Assembly: GCA_007376395.1 (NCBI GenBank)
Contig: VMGE01000002.1
Coordinates: 13,118-77,117 of the forward strand
DNA: 64,000 nucleotides
DNA from: Microgenomates group bacterium Gr01-1014_5
Lineage (GTDB): Bacteria; Patescibacteriota; Microgenomatia; UBA8517; UBA10165
Direction: 5' to 3'
The notes under the pieces are model-generated. The model saw nothing but the letters and a program-made list of their open reading frames with translations, ran no database searches and was not told the origin of the DNA. Position numbers and translations under genes: made by a program. Position 1 is the stretch's first letter. Every line of letters begins with the position of its first letter. Shown piece after piece: positions 29,526 through 39,076 of the stretch.

Positions 29526-29621
29526 GCAAGGTTCTCACGAAGTGAGGTTCTTACAATTACTGAGTGCAACGAAGTATATTGCAAGGTTCTCGCGAAGTGA
29601 GGTTCTTACTAGCTTCCTGGG
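29526..29621 (+). repeat. Two 29-bp direct repeats plus a duplicated rnpB 3' end
   Basis: gcaaggttctc(a/g)cgaagtgaggttcttac at 29526 and 29581; cttactagcttcctggg at 29462 and 29605. Confidence 0.85.
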
Positions 29622-29627
29622 TATATG

Positions 29628-29655
29628 AAAAAGGTCACCGAAAGGTGGCCTTTTT
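29628..29655. terminator. Bidirectional intrinsic terminator
   Basis: aaaaaggtcacc-gaaa-ggtggccttttt. Confidence 0.8.
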
Positions 29656-30686
29656 CACTTTTTGGTCTCAACCTGGCTATCTTCAAGTGTTCGTAGGTGG
29701 CGGACTAAAAAAACTTCTAGAGCTAATAAATGAAGAACTATTAATATGGGTACTGCCAAAACTGCTCCTATCACCCCTGCAAGCTTAAATCCAACACCTA
29801 AGGCGACAATAGTAACTAAAGGGTTAACTCCTGTTGCCTTTTGCATTACTTTGGGTAGAATAAAGACGTTTTCAGCTTGCTGTACGATAAAATACAAAGC
29901 GGCAGTAGCCAAAGCAATGACCGGTGAAACAGTTAAGGCTAAAAGAATCGCAGGGATAGAAGAAATAATCGGCCCAATCGTAGGCACAATTTCTAACAAA
30001 CCTGCAAGAATTGCCAAAGGCAAAGCGTACGGAATCCCCAAGAGAAAGAGTCCAATGTAGGTAATTACCCCGATTATGGTCATGAGCATTAACTCTCCTC
30101 TTACCCACCCCCCAAGCCGGACTTCGAGTTTGTCAGCAAAAGACTTTGCTTGTTTTTCTCCTCCTTGGCCAAACAAAACTAAAAGATACCGGTCTAAATT
30201 CTTCCTCTCCAAAAGCAAATAGAAAGTAATCACCAAAACTGTAAAGACTCCGATTAAATTAGAAAAGAAAGAAATCAAAACACGAACTAAATTGGCAGGA
30301 ATCGTGCCTAGTTGTGTGGCCTGCTGGGAGATCAAATCTCTATCTACAACAACTCCCATATTGCCCAACCAAAGAGTCAGCTGATCAAACAAAACCGGCG
30401 CACGGTTAACTAAATTCGTAGTTTGTTCAATTAAAGGAGGCACAACACCTGTTAATCCTGTAATAAAAATTCCGATTACCAAAAGATATACAACCAATAT
30501 TGCCAAACTCCTAGGGATTCCAAGTTTTGAAACCATATCAACAAGCGGGTTAAGAGCGGTCATTAGGAGAAAAGCTACAAAAAGCCCAAGGATAATGGAG
30601 CTGATTTGCAATACCAGCCAAATCAGACCAATAAAAAGCACGGCAAAAACAATCGTCCTATGGGAAATCTCAATTATACGCGGCAT
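29655..30686 (-). CDS. AI-2E (PerM) family transporter
   Basis: ALNPLV, LEIVPTIGP, QQAENVFILPKVM. Confidence 0.9.
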   Translation of the reverse strand: MPRIIEISHRTIVFAVLFIGLIWLVLQISSIILGLFVAFLLMTALNPLVDMVSKLGIPRSLAILVVYLLVIGIFITGLTGVVPPLIEQTTNLVNRAPVLFDQLTLWLGNMGVVVDRDLISQQATQLGTIPANLVRVLISFFSNLIGVFTVLVITFYLLLERKNLDRYLLVLFGQGGEKQAKSFADKLEVRLGGWVRGELMLMTIIGVITYIGLFLLGIPYALPLAILAGLLEIVPTIGPIISSIPAILLALTVSPVIALATAALYFIVQQAENVFILPKVMQKATGVNPLVTIVALGVGFKLAGVIGAVLAVPILIVLHLLALEVFLVRHLRTLEDSQVETKK

Positions 30687-30693
30687 ACCAACC

Positions 30694-31650
30694 TTAATTG
30701 TACCAATTTTGAACCAAAATCTCTACTTCCTGTCGCCAATTCTCTCTTGAAACATCAAACCATTTTAATTCTTTGTATTTTTTAAACCAGGTAAGTTGGC
30801 GGCGTGCATACCTTTGTTCAGCTTTTATCCAATTTTTAATACACACTTCAAGATTTTCCCTTTTTTCAAAATATGGCTTTAGTTCTCGATAGCCAATCCC
30901 GGTCATGGACTGTGCGTCCCAGGAAACACCTTGTGAGATAAGTTTTTCCACTTCACCTAGGGCACCTTCTTCCAACCGTTTCAATATTCCTTTTTTAATC
31001 TTTTCAAACATAACGTCTCTTGGCGCAATCAACCCAATAAGTAAATAGTTAAATTCTTTACTCTGTCTCTTACTCTGTCTCTCTCTTGAAAGCCCCACTT
31101 CAATTGCTCGAAGCAGACGTCTTGGATTTTTCTTGTCCGATTGATTCATGTTTGCCGCACGAATTGCATCAACTGATGCCAAAGTCTCATAAAGTTCTTT
31201 TGCCGATTTTCCCTCCATTTCAGTTCTTAACTTTTTATTTGGTGGAATATCGATTGATTCAATCTTTTTTATTAGCGACTCTATGTATAGCCCTGTACCG
31301 CCAACCACAATAGGCAACCTATCTTTTTGTAGCAACCGGTCTATCGTTTTCTTTGCCTCTTTTCTCCATTGAGAAACGCTAAATGGCGCAGTCGGTGTAA
31401 CTATATCTGTAAGCCATATCTTTAATCTACTGTCTGTCCAATAACCAATTTCTTCTGCGCCTAATTTCAAATTTGAAATTTTAAATTTAAAATTCACAGG
31501 AATGCCTTTTCCTGTGATAACATCCATCCCGCGGTATACCTGACGGGAATCAGCAGATACTAATTCCCCGCCAAATTTTTCCGCCAAATGAAGCGCAAGG
31601 GATGTCTTGCCAGTAGCCGTAGGTCCGCAAATTACGAGAAGTTTGTTCAT
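30694..31650 (-). CDS. miaA: tRNA dimethylallyltransferase
   Basis: GPTATGKT, SADSRQVY, VGGTGLY, YARRQLTWF. Confidence 0.95.
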   Translation of the reverse strand: MNKLLVICGPTATGKTSLALHLAEKFGGELVSADSRQVYRGMDVITGKGIPVNFKFKISNLKLGAEEIGYWTDSRLKIWLTDIVTPTAPFSVSQWRKEAKKTIDRLLQKDRLPIVVGGTGLYIESLIKKIESIDIPPNKKLRTEMEGKSAKELYETLASVDAIRAANMNQSDKKNPRRLLRAIEVGLSRERQSKRQSKEFNYLLIGLIAPRDVMFEKIKKGILKRLEEGALGEVEKLISQGVSWDAQSMTGIGYRELKPYFEKRENLEVCIKNWIKAEQRYARRQLTWFKKYKELKWFDVSRENWRQEVEILVQNWYN

Positions 31651-31675
31651 TACTAAATTATACAGTGAAGTGTCT

Positions 31676-31945
31676 CTATCCTTTAATTTTTCTTCTGAGG
31701 GTTTTTCCTGCGCGGAAGGAGGCCACACGGTGCGAGGAAACCTTTTCTTGCTTACCGCGCAAATACATTACTTTTTCTTTACGCTGTACAACATCAAACG
31801 TGCCAAACCCGGAAAGAATAACCTTTTCTCCTTTGACCAAAGCCCTTTGGATTTCTGCCAAAAATGTTTCAACTGCTTCAGTAGAAGCCTTCTTGGTTAA
31901 ATGCGCTTTTCTAGTTACCAGCTCGATTAAGTCTTTTTTAGTCAT
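31676..31945 (-). CDS. hup: HU family DNA-binding protein
   Basis: MTKKDLI, GFGTF, FRAGKTL. Confidence 0.9.
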   Translation of the reverse strand: MTKKDLIELVTRKAHLTKKASTEAVETFLAEIQRALVKGEKVILSGFGTFDVVQRKEKVMYLRGKQEKVSSHRVASFRAGKTLRRKIKG

Positions 31946-32023
31946 CTCTCGTCGTTCCTCCTCGAGACAAGTTATTTTTAGGATTGGCTCAAGATTAACA
32001 GATTAAAATTAAATGTCAACAAA

Positions 32024-33187
32024 TTATTTAGCGCGTGTGATTTCTGTTGCTTGGGTCTGGCGTAAAACTGTAACTTTTATTTGCCCTGCGTAACTTGCTT
32101 CATTCTCTAATTTTCTGGCCAGATCGTGTGTTAGCACCGTCATTTCGTCGTCTGAAACTTCTTCAGGATTAACTACAACTCTAACTTCCCGTCCTGCTTG
32201 GAATGCAAAAACTTGATCAACTCCGGCAAAACTTCTGGCAATCTCTTCGATTTTTTCCATTCTTTTAACATAGTCTTCGTGCGGCTCGTAACGCGCACCT
32301 GGCCGAGAACCAGAAATAGCATCGGCAATATAAACGGTTACCGATTCAAGCGAAGTAAAAGGCGTATCTTCGTGATGTTCGGCAATTGCATTTACCACCG
32401 AATCCGCAATGCTGAACTTCTTCAAAAGATCCACTCCGAGTTTAACGTGATTACCCTCTTCATCGGTAACTATTTTCCCAATATCGTGGAGTAAACATCC
32501 GCGCCGTACTATCTCAACATCCGCGCCGATTTCTGACGCAATCTGTACGCCCATCTTTGTTTCTTCAATCGTGTGATGGCCTAGGTTTTGACCGTAAGAA
32601 GTTCTAAATCTGTAGCGTCCAACCATTTTTACCAAATCAAGCGGGAGGTCATAAACACCACATGAATGGCAAATTCTTTTACCTTCTTCAAGTAAAAAGA
32701 CGTCTAATTGTTTTTGGGTTTGAGCAACAATCTCTTCAATTCTTGAAGGCTGGATTCTTCCGTCTTTAACTAATGCTTCCAAAGCACGTCTCGCAACTTC
32801 CCGGCGGATTGCGTCGAACGAAGAAAGTCGAATATCGTTGGATTCGTCAATTTCGATCTCTACTCCCGTGGCTTGTTCAAAAGCGCGGATGTTGCGTCCT
32901 TCGCGACCGATAATTCTTCCTTTTACTTCTTCGTCCGGCAAACGAACCGTCGAAATTGTGTATTCAGCAACATAGTCAGTTGCGCCGTGCTGCATTGCGT
33001 CAACTAAAATTTCTTTTGCGTGTTGGGCGGCATCAAGTTTGATGTCGTCTTCAAATTGCCGTAAACGTTTGGCTTTTTCATTTACCAGCTCGCGGTCAAG
33101 TTCTTCAAGAAGTTTTTTCTTCGCTTCGTCTCGGGTAAGATTTGATACCTGTTCAAGTTTTTTTAGATAATCGTCTTTTGTAGCCAT
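32024..33187 (-). CDS. rny: Ribonuclease Y (no N-terminal membrane anchor)
   Basis: KGRIIGREGRNIR KH domain, LLHDIGK HD domain, SRPGAR. Confidence 0.95.
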   Translation of the reverse strand: MATKDDYLKKLEQVSNLTRDEAKKKLLEELDRELVNEKAKRLRQFEDDIKLDAAQHAKEILVDAMQHGATDYVAEYTISTVRLPDEEVKGRIIGREGRNIRAFEQATGVEIEIDESNDIRLSSFDAIRREVARRALEALVKDGRIQPSRIEEIVAQTQKQLDVFLLEEGKRICHSCGVYDLPLDLVKMVGRYRFRTSYGQNLGHHTIEETKMGVQIASEIGADVEIVRRGCLLHDIGKIVTDEEGNHVKLGVDLLKKFSIADSVVNAIAEHHEDTPFTSLESVTVYIADAISGSRPGARYEPHEDYVKRMEKIEEIARSFAGVDQVFAFQAGREVRVVVNPEEVSDDEMTVLTHDLARKLENEASYAGQIKVTVLRQTQATEITRAK

Positions 33188-33307
33188 AAATTATATTTTT
33201 GAAGAAAATGAAGAAAACACTATTATTTCAAGTGTCTGGAGACAAAAGTAGTTTTTGAGCTTTGTCCTACCATTCTTCTTTTCCTCAAACTTACATATTG
33301 TACTACT

Positions 33308-33925
33308 TTACAAAAACCTGGTCAACACTTTTTTAATTGTTTCCCAAGAAAACCCTCTTCTTGCAAGAAATTCTGCCAACTTTTTCCTCGCCTCTTTCTC
33401 CGGCAATGCCCTTAACCTTGGCCACCGCTTCTCAGCCACTCTAATGGCAATTTCTAAATCTGTCTGTGTTTCAGTTTGACCTAGCGCTTCTTCTATAATT
33501 TCATCCCTTATTCCTTTAATTCTTAATTCATACTTCAAGATTTTTTGGGGTTTAGGGCGGAACACCGTCCGTTGTTCAATCCACCATTTGGCAAAAGCAA
33601 GATCATCTACTAATCCCAGCTTTGTTAGCCTGTTCAAGGCGACCCCTTGCACAACTTCGTCAACTTTCTTTTTTTTAAACCAAAGTTTTATTTCCCTCTC
33701 TGAATGGGGACGGGAAGTAACAAACCGCAAAACACGGGTAAAAACTTTATCTTGATTGCTTTGTTCTTTTAAAGTATCGATTTGCCCACCGCTTAACTCT
33801 TGTCCAACCTTTAAATGGTTTGATAACAAAGATTCTAAAGTTACACCGAATGCAAACTTTCCATCAAGGTAAACACTTACCCTGTTTTGGTCTTTTTGTT
33901 GGACAATACGGGTTATTTGAGGCAC
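33308..33925 (-). CDS. recX: Regulatory protein RecX
   Basis: RPHSERE, DDLAFA, FLARRGF; downstream of recA. Confidence 0.9.
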   Translation of the reverse strand: MPQITRIVQQKDQNRVSVYLDGKFAFGVTLESLLSNHLKVGQELSGGQIDTLKEQSNQDKVFTRVLRFVTSRPHSEREIKLWFKKKKVDEVVQGVALNRLTKLGLVDDLAFAKWWIEQRTVFRPKPQKILKYELRIKGIRDEIIEEALGQTETQTDLEIAIRVAEKRWPRLRALPEKEARKKLAEFLARRGFSWETIKKVLTRFL

Positions 33926-35010
33926 TAGTCTTCTGTTTCTTCGCCAAGTTCTACCGGGAGTTTTTTCGCAGAAGCGGCGGCATCGCGGACTTTTTTCTCA
34001 ATTTCTTCTGCTAATTTTATATTGTCGTTTAAAGCAGTAACCACCGCAACTTTTCCTTGCCCTAATATCGCATCGTTATAACGGTAAAAAGCGCCGGCTT
34101 TTTGTAAAATTCCAAGTTCGACTCCCACATCAACCAGCCCTGCAATTTTGGAAATCCCGCCTTCGTTCATAATGTCGAATTCCGCTACTCTAAACGGAGG
34201 GGCGACTTTATTTTTAACAACTCTTGCGCGGTGGCGCGAACCAATAACCAAGTCTCCGTCTTTTATCGCCTCAATTTTTCTCACATCAATCCTCACGGAT
34301 GCATAAAACTTAAGCGCCAACCCGCCCGGGGTTGTCTCGGGGTTGCCAAACATAACTCCGATTTTGAGACGAAGCTGGTTGGTAAAAATAACAGTCGTGT
34401 GTGTTTTGTTAATAGCACCTGTTAATTTCCTTAAAGCCTGAGACATCAGGCGCGCTTGCATTCCCATTACTGCATCTCCCATCTCTCCCTCAATTTCAGC
34501 TTTTGGAACAAGCGCGGCAACAGAATCAACGACAACCACATCAATGGCGCCAGACCTGACTAAAGTTTCCACAATTTCCAACGCCTGTTCGCCTGTGTCT
34601 GGTTGGGAAACAAGAAGGTCGTCGATATTTACCCCAATTGCCTCTGCGCGGGACGGGTCTAAAGCATGCTCTGCATCTACAAATGCGGCGGTACCCCCCA
34701 TTTTCTGCGCTTCTGCAATAATATGCAGGGTCAAAGTTGTTTTCCCTGAAGCTTCAGGTCCAAAGACTTCAACAACCCTTCCCCGAGGAACCCCACCAAT
34801 TCCAAGAGCCAGGTCTAAAGCAATACACCCTGTAGGTATAACATCGGTTTTGCTAGTGGCTGACGCTTTTTCACCAAGGCGCATAATAGAACCTGTGCCG
34901 TACTGTTTATCGATTTGTTCCATTGCGACTTTAATCGCTTGAAGTTTTTGTGAAGCCTCAGAAGATTTAACTGCTTCCACCTCTCCATCCGTACTTTTTG
35001 CTCTTGCCAT
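33925..35010 (-). CDS. recA: Recombinase RecA
   Basis: [27 protein letters not shown]. Confidence 0.98.
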   Translation of the reverse strand: MARAKSTDGEVEAVKSSEASQKLQAIKVAMEQIDKQYGTGSIMRLGEKASATSKTDVIPTGCIALDLALGIGGVPRGRVVEVFGPEASGKTTLTLHIIAEAQKMGGTAAFVDAEHALDPSRAEAIGVNIDDLLVSQPDTGEQALEIVETLVRSGAIDVVVVDSVAALVPKAEIEGEMGDAVMGMQARLMSQALRKLTGAINKTHTTVIFTNQLRLKIGVMFGNPETTPGGLALKFYASVRIDVRKIEAIKDGDLVIGSRHRARVVKNKVAPPFRVAEFDIMNEGGISKIAGLVDVGVELGILQKAGAFYRYNDAILGQGKVAVVTALNDNIKLAEEIEKKVRDAAASAKKLPVELGEETED

Positions 35011-35086
35011 TTCGGCACAGTATAACATTTTTTTGGGACAATACAACTGCCTTGATTTTTGCTCATTTGAAATGTATTCTTGTTGA

Positions 35087-36910
35087 ATGAAAAACAAACT
35101 ACCGTTGGAGAACCCGAAGGCAACTTTGTTGCCTTCGTGGGATTTATCCAGTCTTTATAAAAGCATTACTGATCCGAAAATTGCCAAAGACTTAAAACTT
35201 ACCCTGTGGCAAGCCAAAAGTTTTAACAAAAAATACAAAGGTTCTCTTGAAAGCATCACAGCTAAAAAACTTGCTGGGGCGCTTTGTAAATATGAAACAA
35301 TTCTCCAGGAAGCCGTAAAACCGGTAACCTTCGCGACTCTCATCTTTGCTGAAAATAGCAATAATTCCAAAAATAGCGCTTTTTACCAAGAAATGAAGGC
35401 GAGACACCTGGAAATTTACCAGCAGGTGTTGTTTTTTGAATTAGAACTTTTACAACTTCCCGAGAATAAATTAGTCAGTTTGACAAAAGATGAAGCTCTA
35501 CAAAACTATCACCATTTCTTAAAACTTCTTTTAATCAACAAGTCTCACAGGCTATCGGAAAAAGAAGAGCGTATTTTTAACGATAAATCATTAACCGGAA
35601 GCGGAGCGTTCGTCCGCTTGTTTGACGAAGAGCTGGCGAGAAAAAAGTTTGATTTTACGCTCCGCGGTAAGAAAAAACTATTAAATGAGTCTGTACTTTT
35701 AGACTTGTTCCACAATCCAGACAGAGAAACAAGAAAGGCTGCCGCGCTGGCCTTGTCAAAGGGTTTACAAGAAGAGCTCAAAAGACTGACTTTTATAACT
35801 AATATCCTTGCCGAAGACAAAGCCGTCAACGACCGCTATTTTAAATACCAATATCCCGAAGAATCCCGGCATCTGGCGAACGAAATAGACCGCGAAACTG
35901 TTGAAACCCTAACTCGGGTTGTCACTAAAAACTACAAAATTGTACAAGAATATTACACTTTTAAAAAATCTGTTTTGGGCTATAAAACTCTTGAAGTTTA
36001 TGATGTTTATGCTCCGAGCGGAAAAACCACGAAGAAAATATCCTACCAAGAAGCAAAAAATATTACTCTTTCCTCGTTTACCAAGTTTACTCCGGAATAC
36101 AGCGGGGCAGCCAAACTTTTCTTTGACAATAACTGGATCGACGTTGGAATTAAGGAAGGGAAACGCGGCGGAGCATTTTGCGAATATGTTACTCCGGATT
36201 TACACCCCTTTATTTTAATGAATTACTCTGGCAACATCCGCGACGTCCTCACTCTAGCACACGAGTTGGGACATGGCGTAAACGCTTATTATTCAAGAAA
36301 ACAAACTTATCTAAATTTTGATTGGCCGCTAATCCTTGCTGAAACCGCTAGTGTGTTTGCTGAAATGCTGGTATTTGATCACTTGAAAGAAGAGCTTTCA
36401 CCTCGCGAAAAATTTTCTCTTTATATGAGTAAAGTTGAAGATATCTTTGCTACTATTTTTCGCCAAATTTCGATGTACCAATTTGAACAAGATATCCATT
36501 ACGCCCGAGGTAAAAAAGGAGAGTTAACAGCAGAAGAAATCGGAAAACTCTGGAATAAACGCCGGCGCGAAATGTTTGGAAACTCAGTAGAAGTCTCAGA
36601 TGATTACAATTCTTGGTGGAGTTATATTCCTCATTTTAAACACACGCCATTCTATGTTTATGCTTATGCGTTTGGCGAGCTGTTAACTTTGTCTTTATAT
36701 AACGAGTATAAAAAAGACAAAGAGGAATTTGTTCCTAAATATCTTGAACTCTTGTCCGCCGGGGGCACTAAAACCCCGGAAGAGTTATTAAAACCCTTGG
36801 GGGTAAACCTTAAAGATGAAAAGTTTTGGCAGGGAGGAGTTGACCTTATCAATAATCTTGTACGGGAAACAAGAAAGATGTATGCTAAAAATATTAAGGG
36901 TAAAGATTAA
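35087..36910 (+). CDS. pepF: M3B oligoendopeptidase F
   Basis: [33 protein letters not shown]. Confidence 0.92.
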   Translation: MKNKLPLENPKATLLPSWDLSSLYKSITDPKIAKDLKLTLWQAKSFNKKYKGSLESITAKKLAGALCKYETILQEAVKPVTFATLIFAENSNNSKNSAFYQEMKARHLEIYQQVLFFELELLQLPENKLVSLTKDEALQNYHHFLKLLLINKSHRLSEKEERIFNDKSLTGSGAFVRLFDEELARKKFDFTLRGKKKLLNESVLLDLFHNPDRETRKAAALALSKGLQEELKRLTFITNILAEDKAVNDRYFKYQYPEESRHLANEIDRETVETLTRVVTKNYKIVQEYYTFKKSVLGYKTLEVYDVYAPSGKTTKKISYQEAKNITLSSFTKFTPEYSGAAKLFFDNNWIDVGIKEGKRGGAFCEYVTPDLHPFILMNYSGNIRDVLTLAHELGHGVNAYYSRKQTYLNFDWPLILAETASVFAEMLVFDHLKEELSPREKFSLYMSKVEDIFATIFRQISMYQFEQDIHYARGKKGELTAEEIGKLWNKRRREMFGNSVEVSDDYNSWWSYIPHFKHTPFYVYAYAFGELLTLSLYNEYKKDKEEFVPKYLELLSAGGTKTPEELLKPLGVNLKDEKFWQGGVDLINNLVRETRKMYAKNIKGKD

Positions 36911-36913
36911 ACC

Positions 36914-37159
36914 GTGCAAAAACTTCTTTTACTTATTGTAACAATCTTATTTATAATCGTTGGTTGGCAGTTTTTTCTTTACAAACAATCCGTTAATCAG
37001 CCAGTAAGCTGTAACGGGGACTGGTCTTATAATGTTAAATGCGGCACAGGAACAAGCTGCAAATCGCTTGGGGAAGGACCTCTAGCAGGCGGTGTCTGCG
37101 AACCGTACTTATCGCCTTTGTTTGAAAAGTTCTTTACCCCTGTTTTTCCCCGCGAGTGA
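36914..37159 (+). CDS. Small Cys-rich exported or membrane-anchored protein
   Basis: Signal/TM helix followed by four Cys. Confidence 0.55.
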   Translation: MQKLLLLIVTILFIIVGWQFFLYKQSVNQPVSCNGDWSYNVKCGTGTSCKSLGEGPLAGGVCEPYLSPLFEKFFTPVFPRE

Positions 37160-37209
37160 TTGCCATATTTTATGTAAAAGGGTAGAAGAAAAATTTATTT
37201 TGAAGCTAT

Positions 37210-38013
37210 TTACCTACCTCTACCAAAAAATCTGCCGAGTCCTGTTCGTGCCTTAGCAATTCCAACTGCTGTGTCTTGAGAACCTACATCTTTTACCTCC
37301 ATACCAATTTGTTTTTTAACACTTAATGCTGTTCGTCCTGTTACCTGCGCCGCTTCTATTTTTGGTTGATATATTGCTTCTACTCTTTTTATACTTGCTT
37401 GTAATGCTTTATCTACCGTAACTTGATCCGCCGGTTGAAAAACAAATCTCATTTGATCTTTTTTTCCTGAATTAACAGTTAATCCGTGTCCAATGAGACC
37501 AACTTTCTCGCGATCAGTAATTACTGGTCCTGTTTTTGAATCTGATGTCGTACTTTTTAAGGCGTCCCCAATTACATTATGAAAGGCATAACCTTCTTCC
37601 CGAGGTGATCTATTATCATCCGTCGAAAATCTTGTGCGTCCTAAATGAAAATCATATAAATAAAACCCACCATCTGTTACTAAAACATAGGTAAGTGAGG
37701 ATCTTTGATCAGTTCCCCCGTTCCAAACTGTTTTGCCTCCAGCATCTTTTATATAATCTGGAGAGTAAGGCTCTATTATAGGAGCTGCAAGAATAATGCC
37801 GTGTGAGTCAGGATCTTCGGGACTGCCAACTGACACACAGAAATTACCAATTCTTCCTCTCGCTTCTTCCATGCCAGCCATAGTAGCTCGCATTGTTTCT
37901 TTTGCTTTACTTGTTTGTTGTTCAGCGTCTCTTTTAAAAGGAGGAGAATTTCTTACAACATCATCAATTCTCTTTGCTGTTTGATCCAACCCTGGCTGCT
38001 GATCTATTCCCAT
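37210..38013 (-). CDS. Hypothetical protein
   Basis: ORF of about 267 aa with no recognised motif. Confidence 0.65.
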   Translation of the reverse strand: MGIDQQPGLDQTAKRIDDVVRNSPPFKRDAEQQTSKAKETMRATMAGMEEARGRIGNFCVSVGSPEDPDSHGIILAAPIIEPYSPDYIKDAGGKTVWNGGTDQRSSLTYVLVTDGGFYLYDFHLGRTRFSTDDNRSPREEGYAFHNVIGDALKSTTSDSKTGPVITDREKVGLIGHGLTVNSGKKDQMRFVFQPADQVTVDKALQASIKRVEAIYQPKIEAAQVTGRTALSVKKQIGMEVKDVGSQDTAVGIAKARTGLGRFFGRGR

Positions 38014-38095
38014 AAGGTTATTATAAAGTACATAAAGATACAGGGTCAAGAAGGTGTTATGGTTTATTGAAGTTTTTGCTATAATAGGTGAGCTT

Positions 38096-38352
38096 CGGGG
38101 AGTAGTTTACCGGTAGAATGCGCGGATGGCCCCGTACAAATTTTCGGGATGTAGTATAGTGGTAGTATTTGCGCATGGGGTGCGTAAGGTCCCGGTTCGA
38201 TTCCGGGCATCCCGACTGAAAAATTTTACGGGGTAAAGGTGCGGCCTGCCCCGACGGAGTTCAATGGCGCTCTTCGACATATATGGTAAAGTTAACTTTG
38301 GAGCGAAGCAAGCCATATAAATCTGCGATTTATATTCTCCGCTCCCCGACCA
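38096..38352 (+). pseudogene. Interrupted outer tRNA-Pro shell
   Basis: Acceptor stem CGGGGAG/CTCCCCG-A-CCA, D arm, and T stem CGGAG/CTCCG; insertions in the anticodon loop and T loop. Confidence 0.75.
38145..38215 (+). tRNA. tRNA-Pro(GGG), nested, CCA not encoded
   Basis: CGGGATG/CATCCCG acceptor; TGCGC-ATGGGGT-GCGTA anticodon arm; CCCGG-TTCGATT-CCGGG T arm. Confidence 0.93.
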
Positions 38353-38373
38353 AGTTAGACTCTGGTGTCTGAA

Positions 38374-39063
38374 ATGGAAACAGAACAAACACAACAAAAG
38401 GAAAGTCAGGAGCTAGGTACACTACTGAGACTTAGTGGTATATTATTTGCGATACTCATTATTGTTGGAGCGTTAATTTGGGGATTGGGGCAATTTTTAA
38501 ATAATTCCTCTACCGAAACCTCAACCTCTTCGGTAAACACTATTTCTGTTTCTGACCAAATAAAAGGAAATAGGGAAGCAAAAGTTGTACTTGTTGAATA
38601 CAGCGATTTTCAGTGTCCGGCTTGTGCCGCCTACTATTCCGTGCTTAAACAAGTTGCTGCAGATTTCAAAAGCGATGTTGCTTTTGTATATCGCCACTTT
38701 CCCCTGCGCCAAATTCACCAAAACTCTGAACTAGCCGCGCGTGCCGCAGAGGCGGCAGGTAAACAAGGTAAATTTTGGGAAATGCATGATTTACTTTTTG
38801 AAAACCAAAAAGAGTGGTCTAGCGAAAAAAAGGCAGAAGAGTTTTTTAAGCGGTATGCCGAGTCGCTTAGTTTAAATACGGTACAATTTGAAACAGACAT
38901 AAACTCCTCAGAAATAAGGGTCAAAGTGAATAATGATTACCAGAGCGGTGTCGGTTTTCGTGTAAACGCAACTCCTACTTTCTTTCTAAATGGGGAAAAA
39001 CTGCAAAACCCAAGAACATACGATGAGTTTAAGTCCCTTCTTCAAAAAGCTATTTCTAAGTAG
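38374..39063 (+). CDS. DsbA family oxidoreductase
   Basis: EYSDFQCPAC, YRHFPL, ATPTFFLNG. Confidence 0.92.
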   Translation: METEQTQQKESQELGTLLRLSGILFAILIIVGALIWGLGQFLNNSSTETSTSSVNTISVSDQIKGNREAKVVLVEYSDFQCPACAAYYSVLKQVAADFKSDVAFVYRHFPLRQIHQNSELAARAAEAAGKQGKFWEMHDLLFENQKEWSSEKKAEEFFKRYAESLSLNTVQFETDINSSEIRVKVNNDYQSGVGFRVNATPTFFLNGEKLQNPRTYDEFKSLLQKAISK

Positions 39064-39076
39064 TAATATAAGAATC

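Noticed and set aside
29526-29609. Mini CRISPR array (29-bp repeat, 26-bp spacer)
   Set aside because: There are only two repeats and no cas operon or leader, and the second repeat overlaps the rnpB target duplication. An insertion scar explains it better.
29055-29788. ORFs 29055-29414, 29276-29488 and 29564-29788
   Set aside because: They overlap RNase P RNA and its terminators, so they are spurious.
31059-31082. 12-bp tandem duplication in miaA (RQSKRQSK)
   Set aside because: It is ordinary in-frame slippage in a variable linker.
38130-38237. Group I intron in the tRNA anticodon loop
   Set aside because: The insert is 108 nt, mostly the inner tRNA. It has no room for a P3-P7 core and does not end in G after a U exon end.
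38107-38397. 96-aa minus-strand ORF
   Set aside because: It is antisense to the tRNA locus.
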